A program made the translations under genes and the position numbers. Positions 58,477 through 64,000 of a stretch of DNA of 64,000 nucleotides are shown piece by piece. Each line of letters starts with the position of its first letter. Positions within the stretch are counted from its first letter, which is position 1. Source of the DNA: a virus. Lineage: Duplodnaviria; Caudoviricetes. The notes under the pieces are model-generated. The model saw nothing but the letters and a program-made list of their open reading frames with translations, made no database searches and was not told the DNA's origin. Location of the stretch: the IMG/VR virus record IMGVR_UViG_3300031555_004349, positions 54,134 to 118,133 of that record; one strand, 5' to 3'.

Positions 58477-58563
58477 TGGTCCACCCTCCCAGAATCGAAC
58501 TGGGACGAACTCTCGTTCATGGGATTTTAAGTCCCACGCGTCTACCTATTCCGCCAAGGGTGG
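58477..58563 (-). tRNA. tRNA-Leu(TAA)
   Basis: Reverse complement CCACCCT/AGGGTGG, loop CTTAAAA, long variable arm, CCA. Confidence 0.9.
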
Positions 58564-58644
58564 ATATAAGTGGCAGTTTGAGTATCGCCGTGGCTGCCAA
58601 ATGGCGTGAGCGCAGTCCTAAACTAGTATTAGCTGTCCTCTCAA

Positions 58645-58721
58645 TGGTGCACAAGGAAAGAGTCGAACTTTCAGACACTGGTTTCTAAGACCAGCTGCTT
58701 TGCCAGTTTGCATACTCGTGC
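58645..58721 (-). tRNA. tRNA-Leu(TAG) with short variable loop
   Basis: Reverse complement GCACGAG/CTTGTGC, loop CTTAGAA, 5-nt variable loop TGTCT, CCA. Confidence 0.85.
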
Positions 58722-59095
58722 ATAAATAAAAGTCAGCAAGGAGGGTTCGAACACATTAGCCTTTAGGCGTCCAACTAGCTGACTGGCGCCGAGAGTATTA
58801 ATAATTGAAGCGCTGTCTCGACTTGCAGATTGACGTGGTCTCTGCTAAACGGTTATTTATCGCATAACTACGGAGCCTCTTTCAGTTAGGTCTGACTAGC
58901 GTTCTTGATTGCTAGTAAACAGAGAGTTGCGTTTCTACTCACAAACAGGCAGTTCTCTTTGACTGCCAGTCAACCTCTCCGTTACCTGTGTCCGCCGACA
59001 CTCTGTTTCCTGAGGATTTGTGGCTTAGAAAATATTTTTCTTATTTTCTATAATTATATTATACTATACTTTCTAACAAAAATCAAATTTTTATT

Positions 59096-59422
59096 TTACA
59101 TTAATTTTAATAAAGTTTTGTAATCTTCATTGAAGATAGCTACTTCTTGGTCAATTGTTAGTGTAGCTGTTTTACAAAAGAAATCATGTATTGCATCTAT
59201 TTCATCACTTGTTAAATCATCTGGTAAGTCGCATAAACATACTTCAATTGAGAAAAGACCTTTTAATTTTGAGTCTCTTCCAGCTATAAATGCGCTTTCA
59301 AGTGCATCTATTTTATCTTCTAATGAGCCAGCTGCTTTACCATTAATATATATGTCTGGGTCATGGTTGTCATCATTGTATAATATTATTCTATTTGATA
59401 TTTCTAATAACTCTTTTTTCAT
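59096..59422 (-). CDS. Hypothetical protein
   Basis: AAGGGG RBS, own promoter. Confidence 0.6.
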   Translation of the reverse strand: MKKELLEISNRIILYNDDNHDPDIYINGKAAGSLEDKIDALESAFIAGRDSKLKGLFSIEVCLCDLPDDLTSDEIDAIHDFFCKTATLTIDQEVAIFNEDYKTLLKLM

Positions 59423-59545
59423 ATTAATTTCCCCTTTTCTTTTTATTTTCTATAATAATATTATAGCATGATTTGGACCATAAGTAAAGTTTTTACTATA
59501 ATGAAAATGTAAAGTTATTATGTAAACCTGTAAGGTTATGTGAAC

Positions 59546-59648
59546 CAGCTGTTTCAGCAGCTGTCCAAACAAATGTTCGGTATAGTAGCCAGCTGTTTTG
59601 CTAGCTGCCCTAGAGCTAGCTGTCCATTAACCAGCTGTTGACCAGCTG
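59546..59648. repeat. Cluster of seven YAGCTG motifs
   Basis: CAGCTG/TAGCTG at 59546, 59558, 59590, 59602, 59617, 59632, 59643. Confidence 0.7.
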
Positions 59649-59734
59649 CCCGGTATAATATACAAACTTGACATGGAGTGCAAATTGCGCCGGTTGAAAA
59701 TTAAAAGAAGAAATTTGAGTAGTGGGATGTGATA

Positions 59735-59748
59735 CGAACAAATGTTCG
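59735..59748. promoter_or_regulatory. Firmicute LexA (DinR/Cheo) box, perfect
   Basis: CGAAC-AAAT-GTTCG; related copies at 59566, 59757, 60449, 61267, 61290, 62888. Confidence 0.65.
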
Positions 59749-59791
59749 GTCCGGCAGAAACAAATGTTTGGTTTACATAAAAGAAAAAGAC

Positions 59792-60355
59792 TTACTCTGC
59801 AAGTAAGTCTTGATGATATCTATCTTTCATATGCTGCACAAATTTAGGCATAACTTTATTATAATTCTTTTGTAACATTTCTTGCCACTCTTCAACTTGT
59901 TCTTGATTTTCTTTGATATATTCCATAGCCCATTTGTCTGCAAGTCTTTCAAGTTTTAAGTTGAAATAACAATTATAAAAGAAATCTAGATATTTTGGAC
60001 TAACAAAAATTGCTTGGACTTTTTGGATTAGTTTTGTACCTATTAAATAAGTTAGTTCATTTCTTCTTTGATAAGTATAGATATGCCCAATTTCGTGAAG
60101 AAAACTTAATATCTCACTGCTAAATTCTCCATTGATATTATATTGTTTTAATCTTTTTAGCATTTTATTATAAAAAGCATTTCTTCCAGCAGAATTTTCA
60201 AATATAGGTATTTCTATTTCTTTTTCTTCTAATTGTGGAAAACAACAGAACTTTTGACCTATTGATATTCTTATATCACTATCAAAATTTTTTAGTATTA
60301 CGTTATAAGGTTTTAAAATTAATTTAAAATATTTTTTTGTTTTCATAACTTTCAA
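59792..60355 (-). CDS. HExxH metallopeptidase-like protein
   Basis: FLHEIGH...ERLADKWA zincin/ImmA-like motif. Confidence 0.6.
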   Translation of the reverse strand: MKVMKTKKYFKLILKPYNVILKNFDSDIRISIGQKFCCFPQLEEKEIEIPIFENSAGRNAFYNKMLKRLKQYNINGEFSSEILSFLHEIGHIYTYQRRNELTYLIGTKLIQKVQAIFVSPKYLDFFYNCYFNLKLERLADKWAMEYIKENQEQVEEWQEMLQKNYNKVMPKFVQHMKDRYHQDLLAE

Positions 60356-60520
60356 CTCTCTTTCTTTATATTTATTATACTATTATTATAACCAAATGTC
60401 AATACTCTATACAAAAATTTTTAAAATTTACATAAAATCGCGCCGGCACGAACACCTGTTTGGTTTACATAATAACTTACTTTTATAAACAAATAAAAAG
60501 GGAACTTTCGTTCCCTTTGT

Positions 60521-60895
60521 CTATTCTGCAATTACTGTTGTCTTTATGATTGGATTACTTTCATTTGCTTCTTTTTCTTTTCTTCTTTTAGTATCTCTTG
60601 CAATCTTTTTTGCTTTTGCTTCTGCTTTAATTTTTGCATTTTCTTCTTTTTCTTTTAATCTTAATTGATAATCTTCTGCAAGAAATTGAGCATCTTCACC
60701 TTCTTCTAATTTTGGAACAACTATGTCAATTCTAATTGTTTTTGTCATTGTGCCTTCTTCTGTTTCAAATGTGAAGTCTTGTGCAAATTTTGTACCCTCA
60801 ACTTGTAAGAAATTTGTTAAACCATTTTCTGCAATTTCTTTTATTGCAACCTCTCTTGCCATTTCATTTACTTTTGCTATTGTTAATTTTGCCAT
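60521..60895 (-). CDS. Hypothetical protein, paralog family
   Basis: MAKLTIAKVNEMARE...RIDIVVPK...K-rich helix. Confidence 0.65.
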   Translation of the reverse strand: MAKLTIAKVNEMAREVAIKEIAENGLTNFLQVEGTKFAQDFTFETEEGTMTKTIRIDIVVPKLEEGEDAQFLAEDYQLRLKEKEENAKIKAEAKAKKIARDTKRRKEKEANESNPIIKTTVIAE

Positions 60896-61327
60896 AATAA
60901 CCACCAAACCTTTCTTATTTTTATTTATATAAGTCTTTTCAAGGAATTTTCAAGACTTTTTACTTCCTTTCTGTAATTATATTATACTATAATTATTTTC
61001 TTTTGTCAATACATTTTTATTAAATTTTCTAAATATTTTTCTTTAAGTTTTTCTGCATTTTCTGTAATTGTTTTTGTCTTTTTGTTTTCCATTCCATATT
61101 GCCTAATTGCATTGTCTACCAATTTGTCAATTATTGCACATATTTCTCTTTTCATATGTTTCAACTCCTTTCTATATTTATATTATACCATTATTGTATC
61201 CATTTGTCAATATATTATGCAAAAATTTTTAATTTATTTGAAATATATTATGTAAATTTTTAAAAAGAAACAAATGTTCGCGCCGGTAGAAAACATTTGT
61301 TCGTTTTTGTTTAAAGAAAAAAGTTGC

Positions 61328-62110
61328 TTATGCAACTTTTATTTTTCTGTATTCTTGTGGTATTAGTCTAAATGGAAAATATATTTGTTTTTGTGGTTTA
61401 CAACCATTTGCAAATATTCTTGCAAGTATCTCACTCTCAATAATTGCATCTGATAGTGCAGTGTGGTCTTCTATAAAATCTTCTGTATCTGTAATATATT
61501 GATAAATTTTTTCTGCATTTGTAATTATATTACCATTTGCATTATATTTTGCATTTGCTAAAAAAGTTTTTTGTTGACATAAAGTCATACAAGCCATTGT
61601 CCAAATATCATAAAATTCTACTTTTGTATCTAATAAACTTTGTAAAAACTTTTCAAACAAAGGTTTGTGTTTACCATTTTTTGTTAATTCATATTTCAAT
61701 TTTGGTCTTTGGTCTTTTGGTAAGGCAAATTGTGCAGTTTCAACTAATGAGCCTATGTCATAGTCTACATTAAATGCAAATATACCTTTTATTTTATATC
61801 TTTTTAAATCTTTTTTTAATTGTTTAATTATGTCTTGAAACATTTTTATTTTTATTTCTTTATTGTCTACCATATAATCATACAAAGGAATTTTATTTGC
61901 AAAGTAAGCAGTTGACATAAGTTCTTCATTTCCAAATATTTCTTGTGTAAGTGCATTATACATTTTTTGTATTCTTCCTTTTTTGTCAATAATTACATAA
62001 CCTATATCATAACTTCTTTGTCTTCCATAAATTTTTTGTTTTCTGTCATTTAACCCAAGTCCTTCTGTATCTAAAACTAAATAGTAATTTTTTCTTTTAT
62101 CAATTTTCAT
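61328..62110 (-). CDS. DEDDh 3'-5' exonuclease
   Basis: VLDTE, AFNVDYD, YDIW, HTALSDA. Confidence 0.8.
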   Translation of the reverse strand: MKIDKRKNYYLVLDTEGLGLNDRKQKIYGRQRSYDIGYVIIDKKGRIQKMYNALTQEIFGNEELMSTAYFANKIPLYDYMVDNKEIKIKMFQDIIKQLKKDLKRYKIKGIFAFNVDYDIGSLVETAQFALPKDQRPKLKYELTKNGKHKPLFEKFLQSLLDTKVEFYDIWTMACMTLCQQKTFLANAKYNANGNIITNAEKIYQYITDTEDFIEDHTALSDAIIESEILARIFANGCKPQKQIYFPFRLIPQEYRKIKVA

Positions 62111-62186
62111 TTCTTAATTTCCCCTTTTCTCTTGACTTGTTTATATTATATCATATATAAATAAGTCTGTCAATACTTTTTTAAAA

Positions 62187-62555
62187 TTATTTTCTATTAA
62201 AAGCTACACTTGCATCTGCTTGTTTAACTGGTTCTCTATATTGTTTTCTAAAAGCTTTTATCATTTCTTCACTTTCTTCTTGATTTCCTATATGAATAAC
62301 TGGTAAATTGTTGATTTTTTCTCTTATTCTGTTAAGGAAACAAACAATAATTTCACCTAAATCATAAGCTTTTTCAAAAAGTAAAGTTATTAATTCAAAC
62401 ACTAATTGTATTAAATAAAATGGTGCTTTCAAAATTGGTTTCCATATATTTACAATTTCTGTAAGTATTGCATTTCTTATTATTCTATTTTTCTTATCTT
62501 CTGGTATCCCTTCTACTTTTCTCATTTTTCTTGTAATTTCTAAATAATTAATCAT
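62187..62555 (-). CDS. Hypothetical protein
   Basis: Own promoter and RBS. Confidence 0.55.
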   Translation of the reverse strand: MINYLEITRKMRKVEGIPEDKKNRIIRNAILTEIVNIWKPILKAPFYLIQLVFELITLLFEKAYDLGEIIVCFLNRIREKINNLPVIHIGNQEESEEMIKAFRKQYREPVKQADASVAFNRK

Positions 62556-62600
62556 TTTTCTTCCCTTTCCTTTCTACACTCTTATTATATCATTATATTT

Positions 62601-62810
62601 TTAATCTGTCAAGTGATTTTCTAAAATATCTCTAATTTTTTTATATTCTTCTGTAGTAATAATTTCGTCCATATGCAACCATTTAATTGTATAAATCATA
62701 TCAACTAATCTTTTATATTGTTCTTGTTTTTTATTTTCTTGATAACTATTCCAAGCCTTAATTGCTTCATTATCAAAAAAGTCACTTCCTACTATTTTCA
62801 TTTTTATCAC
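62601..62810 (-). CDS. Hypothetical protein
   Basis: Own TTGACA-17-TATAAT promoter. Confidence 0.55.
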   Translation of the reverse strand: MIKMKIVGSDFFDNEAIKAWNSYQENKKQEQYKRLVDMIYTIKWLHMDEIITTEEYKKIRDILENHLTD

Positions 62811-62925
62811 TTCCTTTTACATTCTTATTATACTATTATTATTTCACTTTGTCAATAGTTTTATTCAAAAAAATAAAAAAAATAAAACGAACATTTGTTC
62901 TTGTCGGCGCAAGTTTACATAAAAA

Positions 62926-63402
62926 TTAGGCAACTAATGTGCCTAACTTGTCTAATTGTTTAAGTTCTAAACCTTTCCATTTTTTAGTTGAGTTATCAGA
63001 ACATTTTGTTATTCTTTTAATGCCTACTCCACCAACACTTTCCCATTCTACTAAATTTTTTGTATAATCATCTAATAAATAACAATTTTTGTCAATTATT
63101 AATCCCATTTGTCTTAATACCAATGCTTTGCACTCTCCACATCTACATAATACAATATGATTTTGTGGAACATTAAAAAGATATTTCTTTATCCAAGTCA
63201 TTTTGTCAATGTCTGCTTGAATATTTGGGCTTGCACTGATTATATAAACATTACCTTGTTTTGCCATTTCATTTATTGTTTCTATTCCTTTATAAGCTCC
63301 TAAATTAGCAAAGAAACCTTTTTCGTTTTCAAATCTTTGTAAAGCATTTTTAACATTGAATTTTGCTAATGTCCCATCTAAATCTAAAAATATTTTCTTC
63401 AT
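62926..63402 (-). CDS. HAD-family 5'(3')-deoxyribonucleotidase-like
   Basis: FLDLDGTL, IISAS, K..W, LLDDY..NL..W...GG.GI. Confidence 0.75.
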   Translation of the reverse strand: MKKIFLDLDGTLAKFNVKNALQRFENEKGFFANLGAYKGIETINEMAKQGNVYIISASPNIQADIDKMTWIKKYLFNVPQNHIVLCRCGECKALVLRQMGLIIDKNCYLLDDYTKNLVEWESVGGVGIKRITKCSDNSTKKWKGLELKQLDKLGTLVA

Positions 63403-63601
63403 AATTACCACCTTTATTTCCTTTCCCTTTTGTAATTATATTATACTATAATTATTTCCATTTGTCAAGTAAAATATACATTTTTTTAAAAAAAAACGGA
63501 AGCGGCATTTATGTAAACTAATCGCGCCGGAACGCAAGTTTACATAATCTATTAACATAAAAGTTTACATAACATATTTAAAATAAATAAAAAAGAGAGA
63601 A

Positions 63602-63952
63602 CTATTGTTCTCCCTTTTCTTGTTTCTTTTGTTCTCTTAATTTTTTATCTCTTGCAATTTTCTTCTCTTTTGCTTTTGCTTTTTCTTCTTTGGCAATTCT
63701 TTTTTCTTCTTGGTCTTGTTCAAAAAGCTCTGCAAAATCTTCTGCAAATTGACAAGTATCTTCTGGGTCAATTTTTGGAACTACAAAATCTACTCTAACT
63801 GGTATTTTTTCTCCTTCAAAATCTACATTAACCATAAACTTTGAACCTGCAACTTTGAAAAGTGTATCTCCTAAAAGTCCTTCTTTGATAAGCATTTCAA
63901 AAGCTCTCTCTCTTAACATTTCATTCTTTTTAGCAATTGTTAATTTTTCCAT
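63602..63952 (-). CDS. Hypothetical protein, paralog family
   Basis: MEKLTIAKKNEMLRE...RVDFVVPK...KAKAKEKKIARD. Confidence 0.65.
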   Translation of the reverse strand: MEKLTIAKKNEMLRERAFEMLIKEGLLGDTLFKVAGSKFMVNVDFEGEKIPVRVDFVVPKIDPEDTCQFAEDFAELFEQDQEEKRIAKEEKAKAKEKKIARDKKLREQKKQEKGEQ

Positions 63953-64000
63953 ATTTTTTTCTCCTTCTATGTTTTTAAGAGTTTATCATCTCTCTTATTT

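Noticed and set aside
57978-59123. Short ORFs 57978, 58080, 58214, 58265, 58476, 58905 (also 41400, 44499, 45710)
   Set aside because: They overlap tRNAs or structured RNA and lack RBSs and typical codon bias
63509-63518. dif site (XerD arm-like TTATGTAAAC)
   Set aside because: One base short of TTATGTTAAA, no XerC arm at the correct spacing, and present in many copies

Overview
AT-rich segment of a large lytic-type dsDNA phage, most likely infecting a spore-forming Firmicute (Clostridia-like host inferred from GGAGG RBSs, sigmaA promoters, Firmicute LexA boxes and a SpoIIR-like mini-gene). Layout: 1-17 kb (minus) replication/recombination block (RecJ-like, primase, DnaB-like helicase, Sak4-like ATPase, SSB, two-subunit gyrase-like topoisomerase II, DNA ligase, dNMP kinase, Pnk/HD, RNase H). 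17-28.6 kb (minus) tail-fibre/structural accessory and cell-wall genes. 28.9-56 kb (plus) accessory region with glyA, a tmRNA, 13 tRNAs, RNA end-healing/ligation genes and many unexplained structured RNAs. 54.7-55.4 kb extreme AT tract. 56-64 kb (minus) 8 more tRNAs and promoter-cassette early-type genes separated by LexA-box-containing repeats. Best candidate for an undescribed system: an array of four structured RNA units (6-bp covarying stem + AYACAGCAA + variable interior + complementary stem) directly upstream of a Ro60/TROVE-like DUF2828 vWA gene. A fifth unit follows the tmRNA and a separate circularly permuted (YrlA-style) tRNA mimic lies at 42.3 kb, together suggesting a phage Ro/Y-RNA-like ribonucleoprotein system within a tRNA/RNA-repair arsenal. 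All family assignments are by motif recognition only; no database searches were run.
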